A stretch of DNA of 64,000 nt from Candidatus Daviesbacteria bacterium (lineage in GTDB: Bacteria > Patescibacteriota > Microgenomatia > Daviesbacterales > UBA10151): contig JACPDA010000004.1 in NCBI GenBank assembly GCA_016184225.1, positions 208,372 to 272,371 of the forward strand. Direction: 5' to 3'. Position 1 is the first letter of the stretch. The number at the start of each line of letters is the position of its first letter. The notes under the pieces were generated by a model. That model did no database searches and was not told the origin of the DNA. It saw only the letters and a program-made list of their open reading frames with translations. The position numbers and the translations under genes are program-made. Shown piece after piece: positions 30,157 through 38,908 of the stretch.

Positions 30157-31002
30157 ATGGAAGAAAATACCATAAAGGAGGCTGTTGCTCCGGTAAACAA
30201 AAATATAACGCCAAAAAAACTTATTAATCGTAGTTCTGCTTATCCTGCCGTAAGTTTAGATGAAGCGATAGAATTAGTAGGTATGTTGCGTAATCAATTA
30301 GGTAAAGGTCCTTACGATAGGGAATCTGCTGCGAAAGCAATAGGGTATAAGGGAGTTAATGGGGCCTCTGCGCAAAAAATTGCTGCTCTCGCTCACTTTG
30401 GTCTTCTTACCAGATCTGGAAATGCTTATTCTCAATCTGTATTAGCGGATAGTATTCTACTTTCAACCTCTGAACAAGAGAGAAAAAACTCGATTATTCA
30501 GGCTTCCAAAACACCAAAGCTCTATAAATTATTAATAGAAAAATTTAGCGGTTCAGCTCTTCCTGGGTTATTGGTAAATATTCTAATCCGCGAGTATAAA
30601 ATTTCTGAAAAAGTAGCAGACCAAGTTGCCAAAGATTTTAAAAAATCTATTGAATTTTCCGGCTTATTGCAAAACGGGATAGTAACTCAAAATAATGGAG
30701 AAAATGAGATTTTGACTCAAGATGAGTTTAGCGAAGAATATCAAGAAGAACAAAGATTGCCCCAACAAGAAAGAAAAGAATACAATGTGGCTTCAGGTCT
30801 ATCTAAGAAAAATTATCCTATTGATCTTCCTTCTGGAATTGCCATCTCTTTTCCGACGGAGATGAGTTATGAGGTAATTATAGGAGAATTTGGAGAACAG
30901 ATAAAACAATTAGAGAGTAAAGCTCAGGAAATTTTAAGCAAGAAGCAATCTACAGCGGAATTAAATAGTGATACTACTAATGATTCAGGAGGGCTCGCAT
31001 AA
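30157..31002 (+). CDS. Orphan protein, possibly winged-helix DNA-binding
   Basis: 281 aa, AT-rich; TTGACA-17-TATTAT promoter 6 nt before the ATG; YPAVSLDEAI..AAKAIGY..KIAALAHFGLL suggests wHTH (inference). Confidence 0.75.
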   Translation: MEENTIKEAVAPVNKNITPKKLINRSSAYPAVSLDEAIELVGMLRNQLGKGPYDRESAAKAIGYKGVNGASAQKIAALAHFGLLTRSGNAYSQSVLADSILLSTSEQERKNSIIQASKTPKLYKLLIEKFSGSALPGLLVNILIREYKISEKVADQVAKDFKKSIEFSGLLQNGIVTQNNGENEILTQDEFSEEYQEEQRLPQQERKEYNVASGLSKKNYPIDLPSGIAISFPTEMSYEVIIGEFGEQIKQLESKAQEILSKKQSTAELNSDTTNDSGGLA

Positions 31003-31085
31003 AGGCGAATGCAACGGTCTCATTAGCCGGCCGGGTGTTATTGTAGAGATATCACTTGTGTGCAGGTTCGACTCCTGCCCCTCCA
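30988..31085 (+). ncRNA. tRNA-like RNA with CAT anticodon and ~30-nt extra arm
   Basis: Acceptor GGAGGG/CCCTCC, D stem GCAT/ATGC with GG in loop, anticodon arm CGGT-CTCATTA-GCCG, extra hairpin GGGTGTTAT..ATATCACTT, T arm GCAGG-TTCGACT-CCTGC; no CCA. Confidence 0.7.
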
Positions 31086-31100
31086 ACAATAAAACAGTAC

Positions 31101-31157
31101 AAAAAAGAGGGCTTTCTTAAGCCCTCTAAAATTTACCGACCGAGTGTTATTGTAGAT
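31101..31157 (-). ncRNA. Predicted ~57-nt antisense sRNA complementary to the tRNA-like RNA
   Basis: Minus-strand TTGACA(31192-31187)-17-TACAAT(31169-31164) promoter; 22 nt complementary to 31026-31047; terminator AGAGGGCT-TAAGAA-AGCCCTCT-TTTTT. Confidence 0.7.
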
Positions 31158-31226
31158 AATTGAATTGTACAATAAAAATTCATTACTGTCAACCTATAGT
31201 ACTATAGTAATTGATTTAAGGATAAA

Positions 31227-31759
31227 ATGATAAGAATTATTTTTGAATCCCACGCCACAACTTTTGATAATGAGAATCATTTAGCTTCGGGTCACTATGA
31301 TATAGAACTATCCCCTTTAGGGATTCAGCAGGCAAAAGAGTTGGGACAGCGGTATGAAAATGATATTTTTGAAGCTATTTTTGTTCAGACCTGCAAAGAT
31401 CGTTTAAGACGGCCGAAATTGCTTTTGGAGATAAATTCCCAATTATTAAAGATAAAAGGCTTCGGGAGTGTGATTACGGAGATTTAACTAGACATCCCAG
31501 TAGTGAAGTTGATCCATTAAAAGTGAAACATATTACAGACCCTTTTCCTAATGGGGAATCTTATGAAGACTGCTTAAAAAGAATGAAGGACTTTTTAGAT
31601 CATCTAAGACAAAAATATAACGGCCGTGATATAAATGTCTTGATGATTGGACACAGAGCCACCCAATATAGTTTGGAACATTGGATTAAAGGGATTTCCT
31701 TAGAGGATGCTATTCTCGCTTCTTGGGAATGGCAGCCAGGCTGGGTATATGCTTATTGA
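31227..31759 (+). pseudogene. Histidine phosphatase (phosphoglycerate mutase family), frameshifted
   Basis: ESHATT..N, LSPLGIQQA; adding one T to the T5 run at 31378-31382 restores FCSDLQRS..TA..LRECDYG..PNGES..IGH in a single frame. Confidence 0.85.
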
Positions 31760-32086
31760 CGCAACAGGTATTTCCCCACTTGCATTGGTTGTAGGATATA
31801 GTTATATTATAGGTATCTGCTGATATTATGGTAGAAGATTTACCAGAAAGATCTACTATCGAAGTTGTAGAAATTACTTGATCCAGAAAGAAAACGACCT
31901 CTTCTGGAGAATCTCCGAGCCATAGGAGCATGTAACCCCGATGATTTAGAAAGTTTATACCGTCTAAAAGCTAGAGAAAGACGGCCACTCATACCCCATT
32001 TCCGACTGTAGTATAAATACTTAATTCTTTTTTAAGGTTTTTTCTATTTGACTTTTAGGATCAAAATAGGCTAATATTTACATTGT

Positions 32087-32116
32087 GACCTCCCAAGAAC
32101 TGAGGGGAGGTTTTTT
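32087..32116 (+). terminator. Intrinsic terminator or attenuator upstream of mini-greA
   Basis: GACCTCCC..GGGAGGTT followed by a T run, just downstream of a TTGACT promoter-like box. Confidence 0.65.
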
Positions 32117-32137
32117 AGATCATGGTAGGATTAAATT

Positions 32138-32362
32138 ATGGATAAAAAGTTGCGACAAGAAAAATTAAAAATGTGGAGAGGTAATCTAGCCCAGCTGGAG
32201 CAGGATCTGGCGGTTATTTTAGAGAAAAAAGGTGCTGCTGCTCAGGAAGGTGACCTTTCCGAGAATGCCGCTTACACCATGGCAATCGAGGATGCGGAAA
32301 CAACCAGAGTGAGGATTGAAGAAATAAAAAAGATTATCAGGGACTTAGAAAAAGGAGAATAA
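32138..32362 (+). CDS. GreA N-terminal coiled-coil only (mini-Gre)
   Basis: [14 protein letters not shown] motif; 74 aa, stops where the C-terminal domain would begin. Confidence 0.85.
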   Translation: MDKKLRQEKLKMWRGNLAQLEQDLAVILEKKGAAAQEGDLSENAAYTMAIEDAETTRVRIEEIKKIIRDLEKGE

Positions 32363-32363
32363 T

Positions 32364-34526
32364 ATGGCTATACAAAAGACAAAAAGAGATTTTCCGCTGG
32401 ATAGGATCAGAAATATCGGGATTATTGCTCATATTGATGCCGGAAAAACCACCACCACTGAGCGGATTTTGTTTTATACCGGAAAAACTTACAAAATTGG
32501 CAATATTGACGAAGGTACCACTGTGACTGACTGGATGGAGCAGGAACGCGAGCGGGGAATTACTATCGTCTCTGCTGCTATCACTGCTTTTTGGACTGTG
32601 AAGGCCGGCCAATTTGCCGGCCATGAGATGCGGATTAACCTGATTGATACTCCGGGACATGTGGACTTTACGGCTGAGGTGGAAAGGAGTCTGCGGGTTC
32701 TGGATGGGGCAGTGATTGTTTTGGATTCATCTTCCGGCGTGCAATCCCAGACAGAAACTGTTTGGCGGCAGGCCAACAAATACAATGTGCCTTTGATCGC
32801 TTTTTCCAACAAGATGGATGTAATAGGAGCTGATTTTGCAGCTACCATCCAATCTGCCAGAGATAGGTTAGGGGCCAATGCCATTGCCTACAATTTACCG
32901 ATCGGCAAAGAAAATGATTTTAAGGGAGTGGTAGACCTTTTGACTGAAAAAGCCATTATTTGGGAAGGTGATCCCTCGGCTTCGCTCGGGACAAGTGATA
33001 CCGGGGCCAAGTTTCACGAGACAGAGATACCGGCTGATATGGTGGAGGTTGTCAAAGCCGCCCGGGAGAAGCTGGTGGAAGAGATTGCTGGCAGTGATGA
33101 TGTTTTAATGGAAAAATACCTGGGGGGCAAAGAGATGACGGTTGTTGAACTGAAGGAAGCTTTAAGAAAAGCTGTCATTGCCAGTAAAATCGTGCCGGTT
33201 TTTGCCGGTTCCTCTCTGCGGAATAAAGGGGTCCAGCCAATGCTGGACGCCGTGGTTGAATATCTGCCTTCACCACAGGACATAGCTGTAGTAACCGGGA
33301 TTAATGCTAAAACAGGTGAAGCAGAGGAAAGAAAGGCTGCTCCGGCTGAGCCTTTGGCAGCTTTGGCATTTAAAATTCAGGTTGACCCACATGTCGGAAA
33401 ACTAACCTACATCAGGGTTTATTCAGGAACACTAAAGTCCGGCTCTTATGTTTACAATTCCACTAAACAAATTACTGAAAGAGTAGGCAGGCTACTTTTG
33501 ATGCATGCCAATGACCGGGAAGAAATCGATGAGGCTTTCGCCGGAGAAATAGTGGCAGCAGTGGGGCTTAAAGATACCATCACCGGCAACACTTTGTGTG
33601 ATGAAAGTACCCCAATTATCTTGGAATCTATTTCCTTTCCTGATCCGGTGATTTCTTTGGCCATTGAACCAAAAACTAAATCCGATCAGGAAAAGCTTGG
33701 GTTTGCCCTGCAGCGTCTTTCAGAAGAAGACCCGACTTTTAGAGTTAAGTCTGATACTGAAACCGGCCAAACTATTATTGCCGGGATGGGTGAGTTGCAG
33801 CTTGAGATTTTGGTGGACCGGATGAAGCGGGAGTTTAAACTGGAAGCCAATGTGGGCCAGCCGCAAGTTGCTTATAAAGAGACTATTAATAAGTCGGCAG
33901 AGGGAGAAGGAAAATACATCAGGCAAACCGGTGGCCGGGGCCAATACGGACATTGTTTGCTCAGGATTGAGCCTCTCCCCCGTGGTCAAGGCCGGGAATT
34001 TGTTTCAGAAGTAGTAGGAGGTGCTATTCCGCGGGAGTTTATTACGCCAATTGAAAAAGGAGTGATTGAAAAAGAAGACACCGGGATTTTGGCCGGATAC
34101 CCGGTAACGGATATTAAAGTAACGGTTTATGACGGGTCTTTTCATGATGTTGACTCATCTGAAATTGCCTTTAAGATTGCCGCCTCGCTGGGACTGTCAG
34201 AAGCGGCCAAAAAAGCTGACATGATCCTTCTTGAGCCGATCATGAAGGTGGAAGTAACCACCCCGGAAGAGTTTTTAGGAGAAATTATCGGTGATTTATC
34301 TTCCAAACGGGCCCAAATTTTATCTTCGGAAACCCGGGGCAATGCCAGGGTGGTAATAGCTTTAGTACCTTTGGCAGAGATGCACGGCTATGCTACAGCC
34401 ATCAGGAGTATGTCTCAAGGGAGAGCAACTTACTACATGGAAGCTGACCATTATGAACCAGTGCCACAAAATATCACCCAAAAAATCATTGAATCCTCAG
34501 GATTTACAGGTAGAGTAGAACACTAA
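32364..34526 (+). CDS. fusA: Elongation factor G
   Basis: [44 protein letters not shown]. Confidence 0.99.
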   Translation: MAIQKTKRDFPLDRIRNIGIIAHIDAGKTTTTERILFYTGKTYKIGNIDEGTTVTDWMEQERERGITIVSAAITAFWTVKAGQFAGHEMRINLIDTPGHVDFTAEVERSLRVLDGAVIVLDSSSGVQSQTETVWRQANKYNVPLIAFSNKMDVIGADFAATIQSARDRLGANAIAYNLPIGKENDFKGVVDLLTEKAIIWEGDPSASLGTSDTGAKFHETEIPADMVEVVKAAREKLVEEIAGSDDVLMEKYLGGKEMTVVELKEALRKAVIASKIVPVFAGSSLRNKGVQPMLDAVVEYLPSPQDIAVVTGINAKTGEAEERKAAPAEPLAALAFKIQVDPHVGKLTYIRVYSGTLKSGSYVYNSTKQITERVGRLLLMHANDREEIDEAFAGEIVAAVGLKDTITGNTLCDESTPIILESISFPDPVISLAIEPKTKSDQEKLGFALQRLSEEDPTFRVKSDTETGQTIIAGMGELQLEILVDRMKREFKLEANVGQPQVAYKETINKSAEGEGKYIRQTGGRGQYGHCLLRIEPLPRGQGREFVSEVVGGAIPREFITPIEKGVIEKEDTGILAGYPVTDIKVTVYDGSFHDVDSSEIAFKIAASLGLSEAAKKADMILLEPIMKVEVTTPEEFLGEIIGDLSSKRAQILSSETRGNARVVIALVPLAEMHGYATAIRSMSQGRATYYMEADHYEPVPQNITQKIIESSGFTGRVEH
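32973..32996 (+). repeat. 24-nt REP-like unit in frame in fusA
   Basis: CCCTCGGCTTCGCTCGGGACAAGT (PSASLGTS); related units at 37978-38020 (reverse orientation), 43797-43816 and 63140-63171. Confidence 0.65.
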
Positions 34527-34564
34527 ATTTGACAAGAAAATTTTTCTCGCTTAAACTGGATATA

Positions 34565-35173
34565 ATGTCTGCTCATATTTTAGTTTTAGTGTTTACTCTT
34601 GGTGGCCTACTGGCAGTTACCTCTTTATTACCTATAACCAGACATTATAATGACGGAAAATCTGATGTAGCCGGAGTTTATTTGGCCAAAGGAGATGCCT
34701 CAGGCTCTACAAAGATAATAGAGAAAGCGGGAATGATGGAGAAAGAAGATGTTAAGGTAGCTACAGCAGGCGGACAGACAGCTCTGGTGAACAAAAAAGT
34801 GGGGGCACTGTCAAGCTTTCCCATCTCAATTAATCCAATCACCAGGCAGTTAACTGTTACTACTCCGGCAGGAACTAAGGTGGTGGCAGTTTTACCACAG
34901 CAGGCAATGGATAATATGCTGGCATCAAAAGTTATGACTGATGTGGTGGGAGAAAAGGTGGATAATGAGCTGGCAAGCATCCCCAGTTTGGTGAGGTTAG
35001 AGGAGAAAAACGGGATTTTGGGTTATAAAGTTAAGGGCACCAAAACTCATAAACTGTTTGGCTTTATCCCTATAAAGACCGGAGTGACAGCCTTTGTATC
35101 TGCTGAAAACGGCCAGGTAGTTGAAAGTACCGATTCTTTACTGGGTAGAATCCTCAACAGACTTGCCCCCTAA
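34565..35173 (+). CDS. Hypothetical exported or membrane-anchored protein
   Basis: N-terminal hydrophobic segment; TTGACA-17-TAAACT 7 nt upstream of ATG 34565. Confidence 0.7.
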   Translation: MSAHILVLVFTLGGLLAVTSLLPITRHYNDGKSDVAGVYLAKGDASGSTKIIEKAGMMEKEDVKVATAGGQTALVNKKVGALSSFPISINPITRQLTVTTPAGTKVVAVLPQQAMDNMLASKVMTDVVGEKVDNELASIPSLVRLEEKNGILGYKVKGTKTHKLFGFIPIKTGVTAFVSAENGQVVESTDSLLGRILNRLAP

Positions 35174-35204
35174 TTTTGACTATGGGGCTTTAAGTCAGTA
35201 TAAT

Positions 35205-35483
35205 ATGCTCTCTGTGGAATCTATAACTGAAACTAACCAGCCGCATGAAGATCTAATGGTTTCAAATCCCTCTTTGGAGAAGCAGCCTTTGGGGGGAAGT
35301 TTAAGCAGTAATGAATTGGATTTAGGTCTGGTGGCTGTGGGTGGCGTTTGTCTGGTTGTTGGAGGAGTTGTTTGGTTGACAGGATCTTTACTTAATGTGC
35401 AACTTTTCCGGGAAATAGGTTTGCCTGTTACTGCGGTAGGTATTGTATTGACGGGTTCCAGTCTTATTGCGGCGCTATCATGA
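35205..35483 (+). CDS. Small two-TM hypothetical protein (start uncertain)
   Basis: Two hydrophobic helices; TTGACT-17-TATAAT immediately upstream. Confidence 0.5.
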   Translation: MLSVESITETNQPHEDLMVSNPSLEKQPLGGSLSSNELDLGLVAVGGVCLVVGGVVWLTGSLLNVQLFREIGLPVTAVGIVLTGSSLIAALS

Positions 35484-35611
35484 GAGTTGTCCTATTTCAT
35501 AGTCGTTCCGTAATCTGACTGTTGCATTTTATAAAGAGATATTGTATATTTTTATTACCAGCTTCAATAAGGGCTGGTATTTATTGCCCATATAGGGTAA
35601 AATAACAAAAT

Positions 35612-36796
35612 ATGGCTGAACAGAAAAAATTTGACAGAAGCAAACCGCACGTTAATGTCGGTACCATGGGTCATGTTGATCATGGCAAGACCACTTTAAC
35701 TGCTGCAATCACCAAGGTTTTGGCCGGTAAAGGCATGGCTGAAGCCCGCAGCGTTGACCAAATTGACAATGCCCCGGAAGAAAAAGCCCGTGGTATTACC
35801 ATTAATATTTCCCACCAGGAATATGAAACCGAAAAAAGGCATTATGCCCACATTGACATGCCTGGTCATGCCGACTATATCAAGAATATGATTACCGGCG
35901 CCGCTCAAACAGACGGCGCTATTTTAGTGGTTTCCGCTCCGGACGGTCCTATGCCACAAACCAGAGAACATCTGCTGTTAGCCCGCCAAGTGGGTGTGCC
36001 GGCGATTGTAGTATATCTCAACAAAGTTGATATGGTTGATGATCCGGAACTGCTGGATTTGGTGGAAGAGGAAGTTAGAGATCTCTTGAAAAAATATGAA
36101 TATGACCCGCAGTCTCCCATTATCCGCGGCAGCGCTAAAAAGGCTTTAGAGGGTGATGCTGAGGCAGTTAAATCAATTGAGGAGTTGATGGTTAAAGTTG
36201 ATGAGTGGATTCCAACTCCGGTTAGAGATACAGATAAGCCGTTTCTGATGGCAGTGGAAGATGTTTTCTCTATTAAAGGTAGGGGAACTGTGGTGACCGG
36301 AAGGATTGAGCGGGGTAAAGTTAAAGTTAATGAGGAAATCGAAATCGTTGGAATTAGGCCTACCAAAAAGAGTGTGGTAACCGGAATTGAAATGTTTCAT
36401 AAAATGCTGGATGAGGGCCAAGCCGGAGACAATGCCGGAATACTGCTTCGGGGCATTGAAAAAGATGATGTTGAGCGCGGTCAAGTTTTGGCTAAACCGG
36501 GTTCAATCACTCCACATTCTGAGTTTGAGGCAGAAGTTTATGTCTTGAGTAAGGAAGAAGGCGGCAGACACACCCCGTTTTTCAAAGGTTACCGGCCGCA
36601 GTTTTATATCAGGACTACTGATGTGACCGGGGAAGTGCAGTTGCCGGAAGGTGTGGAGATGGCTATGCCAGGAGATACAGTTAAGGTTGTAGGTAAGCTT
36701 ATTACGCCGGTGGCTATGGAAGATGGCCTGAGGTTTGCTGTTCGAGAAGGCGGTAAAACTGTCGGAGCCGGAGTAATTACCAAGATAATAGCATAA
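35612..36796 (+). CDS. tuf: Elongation factor Tu
   Basis: [39 protein letters not shown]. Confidence 0.99.
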   Translation: MAEQKKFDRSKPHVNVGTMGHVDHGKTTLTAAITKVLAGKGMAEARSVDQIDNAPEEKARGITINISHQEYETEKRHYAHIDMPGHADYIKNMITGAAQTDGAILVVSAPDGPMPQTREHLLLARQVGVPAIVVYLNKVDMVDDPELLDLVEEEVRDLLKKYEYDPQSPIIRGSAKKALEGDAEAVKSIEELMVKVDEWIPTPVRDTDKPFLMAVEDVFSIKGRGTVVTGRIERGKVKVNEEIEIVGIRPTKKSVVTGIEMFHKMLDEGQAGDNAGILLRGIEKDDVERGQVLAKPGSITPHSEFEAEVYVLSKEEGGRHTPFFKGYRPQFYIRTTDVTGEVQLPEGVEMAMPGDTVKVVGKLITPVAMEDGLRFAVREGGKTVGAGVITKIIA

Positions 36797-36798
36797 AG

Positions 36799-37218
36799 AG
36801 TGCAAAGTGATAAGTGCAAAGGGTAGAGTCAGAATACAAAGTTATAAAGATCTTCTAGTTTGGCAAAAATCTCATAAGTTAGCAATTGCAATTTTAGAAT
36901 TATCCCGTAAAGCAAGTCGTAATAAAGAGAATTATTTTATCTGGAGCCAATTACTTAGAGCTGCTTTTTCGGTACCGGCTAATATCGTGGAAGGTTACTA
37001 TAGTCATAGAGGGAAAAACTACCTTTCCAAATTGGAAGTTGCAAGAGGTGAAGCCGGTGAAACAGAGTATTGGCTCTTTGTAATGTTCGAGATTGCAGAA
37101 TTAGATGAAATGCCTTATAATTCTTTAGTTGGAGAGTGTAAGGAAGTGATTTTAATGTTAAGTGCCATGATTAAAAAATTAACTTGACTTAAGCACTTAT
37201 CACTATTCACTTAGCACT
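36799..37218 (+). mobile_element. Putative cassette: heptad inverted arms enclosing a four-helix-bundle gene
   Basis: 5' arm agtgcaa-agtgata-agtgcaa-agggtag-agtc (36799-36830); 3' arm gactt-aagcact-tatcact-attcact-tagcact (37186-37218); mobility is inferred only. Confidence 0.55.
36807..37187 (+). CDS. Four-helix-bundle protein (23S rRNA IVS protein / Avd-like family)
   Basis: SYKDLLVWQKS, SQLLRAAFSVPANIVEG, LEVARGEAGETEYWL; GTG start inside the repeat arm. Confidence 0.92.
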   Translation: MISAKGRVRIQSYKDLLVWQKSHKLAIAILELSRKASRNKENYFIWSQLLRAAFSVPANIVEGYYSHRGKNYLSKLEVARGEAGETEYWLFVMFEIAELDEMPYNSLVGECKEVILMLSAMIKKLT

Positions 37219-37226
37219 TTAAAACT

Positions 37227-37535
37227 ATGCCAAGAGGACGAATTCGCGTAAAACTGAAAAGTTACGATCATCGGGTGTTAGATCACACCTGTGAATCCTT
37301 GTTGGATACAGCCCTTAGAACCGGCGCCAAGATAGTCGGCCCAATCCCCCTTCCTACTAAAAGAGAAATGATTACTGTTTTAACTTCTCCTCACACAGAT
37401 AAAGATTCCCGAGAAGCTTTTGAGATCAAAACCCACAAAAGAATGATTGATATTATCGAACCTACCCCAAAAACCATAGATTCTCTTATGCATCTGGAAA
37501 TCCCGGCCGGAGTTGATATTGAAGTAAAGATGTGA
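37227..37535 (+). CDS. rpsJ: 30S ribosomal protein S10
   Basis: [28 protein letters not shown]. Confidence 0.98.
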   Translation: MPRGRIRVKLKSYDHRVLDHTCESLLDTALRTGAKIVGPIPLPTKREMITVLTSPHTDKDSREAFEIKTHKRMIDIIEPTPKTIDSLMHLEIPAGVDIEVKM

Positions 37536-37551
37536 TATAAAGTTTGGCGAT

Positions 37552-37833
37552 ATGGTTGTAATAGAAACAAAGATATTCGGAATTCCAATTCACCGAGAAC
37601 AAGTTAAATCCCCAGCAATGTTTAAAGTTCCAACTGCTTATGAGAGGAAACAAGGAGAGGAACTTTGTTTACAAGATGATGGAGATGGATTCAAATGGGT
37701 TTTGGTAAAAGAGGGTCATGTTCAAAAATTGGATAATCCGATCCCCGACTGGGTAAGCTTAGGATACTCAGGAATCATCGGACGCAACGTATCGTTAACA
37801 TTCTTTTCAAGAAGGTTAGTACTACCACATTAA
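37552..37833 (+). CDS. Hypothetical protein between rpsJ and rplC
   Basis: 93-aa ORF, no motif recognised. Confidence 0.5.
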   Translation: MVVIETKIFGIPIHREQVKSPAMFKVPTAYERKQGEELCLQDDGDGFKWVLVKEGHVQKLDNPIPDWVSLGYSGIIGRNVSLTFFSRRLVLPH

Positions 37834-37969
37834 CTTCCACGGCCGTAGCATACTCTGTGGTTTATCCATATTACATCTCTGCTTGCATTCACGCATGAGC
37901 TTGTGTTAAAATTTCCTTTGTCTGATGATTTATTTATCAGGTTGATTAAAAATTAATTAATTTTCAGTA

Positions 37970-38097
37970 GGTTGTGCGTCCTGAGCGATGGTGAGCGAAG
38001 TCGAACCAGAGTCGAAGGATACGACAATTGAAGGCCACGTCAAACGTGGCAGGCACAATTACTGAGTGACTTAGCCTAAAGGCGGGTCACTCTTTTT
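37970..38097 (+). promoter_or_regulatory. Structured rplC leader ending in a terminator-like hairpin
   Basis: TTGTGC..GCACAA closing stem, GCCACGT-CAA-ACGTGGC, GAGTGACTT..GGGTCACTC-TTTTT; REP-like units nested inside. Confidence 0.55.
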
Positions 38098-38110
38098 AAT
38101 GTTTGAAAAT

Positions 38111-38908
38111 ATGATCAATACTTTATTAGGTATTAAGAAAACTATGACAAGCACATATGACTCTCGAGGCAGAAGAGTAGGTGCTACTGTGGTGCAAATT
38201 TCCCCTAATTTTGTCACCCAAGTAAAAACAGCTGATGGAAAAGATGGATATAACGGCGTCCAATTAGGTTATGGGACAAAAAAATCAGTTAAGAAGCCCC
38301 AGATTGGACATGCCAAAAAAGCTGGACTGGAAGCCCAAATCCGCTGGTTTAGAGAAGTCAGGCAACAGGCAACAGGCAACAGTGGACAGTCAGAAGATCT
38401 AAAGCCTGGAACAGAAATTAAACTGGACCAGGTTTTTTCTATAGGGGATGCAATAAAGGTATCGGCAGATTCTAAAGGAAAAGGTTTTCAGGGTGGAGTC
38501 AGGAGACATGGGTTTCACGGTGGTCCAAAGACTCACGGTCAATCAGATAGACTTCGGGCTCCGGGTGCCATTGGTTCCGGGACTACTCCGGGTCGGGTTT
38601 ACAAAGGTAAAAAAATGGCCGGTCATATGGGGACGACTCAAGTCAGTGTTAAAAACCTGGAAGTGGTTGGCTTAAATAAGGAGAATGATTTATTAGTGGT
38701 TAAAGGCGCTGTTCCGGGTCCGGTTGGCAGTTTAGTTCTAATAACAAAATTAGGCAGGATTAAAGGTTATACCCCTCCACCGGAAGAAAAACCATCAGAA
38801 GAAGAGGAACAAGAAACAAAGACTGAAGGCGCACTGGAAGCAAAAGAAGAAGCACCAGCAGAACAGAAAGAAGAAGTTAAGGAGGAACCAAAGAATGCCG
38901 AGAATTAA
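38111..38908 (+). CDS. rplC: 50S ribosomal protein L3 (start 38099 or 38111)
   Basis: DGYNGVQLG, SKGKGFQG, RAPGAIG, KMAGHMG. Confidence 0.97.
   Translation: MINTLLGIKKTMTSTYDSRGRRVGATVVQISPNFVTQVKTADGKDGYNGVQLGYGTKKSVKKPQIGHAKKAGLEAQIRWFREVRQQATGNSGQSEDLKPGTEIKLDQVFSIGDAIKVSADSKGKGFQGGVRRHGFHGGPKTHGQSDRLRAPGAIGSGTTPGRVYKGKKMAGHMGTTQVSVKNLEVVGLNKENDLLVVKGAVPGPVGSLVLITKLGRIKGYTPPPEEKPSEEEEQETKTEGALEAKEEAPAEQKEEVKEEPKNAEN
38359..38393 (+). repeat. Heptad 5' arm in frame in rplC
   Basis: caggcaa x3-cagtgga-cagtcag (RQQATGNSGQS). Confidence 0.8.

Noticed and set aside
31009-31026. Type I toxin peptide as the target of the antisense sRNA
   Set aside because: The only ATG in the cloverleaf opens a 5-codon frame (MQRSH); no hydrophobic peptide ORF overlaps the paired region.
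31710-32010. Short ORFs between the phosphatase pseudogene and mini-greA
   Set aside because: Only short or interrupted frames on either strand with no recognisable motif; a decayed gene is possible but unsupported.
36807-37187. Four-helix protein as the Avd of a diversity-generating retroelement
   Set aside because: No reverse transcriptase and no TR/VR pair with adenine-specific differences in the window.
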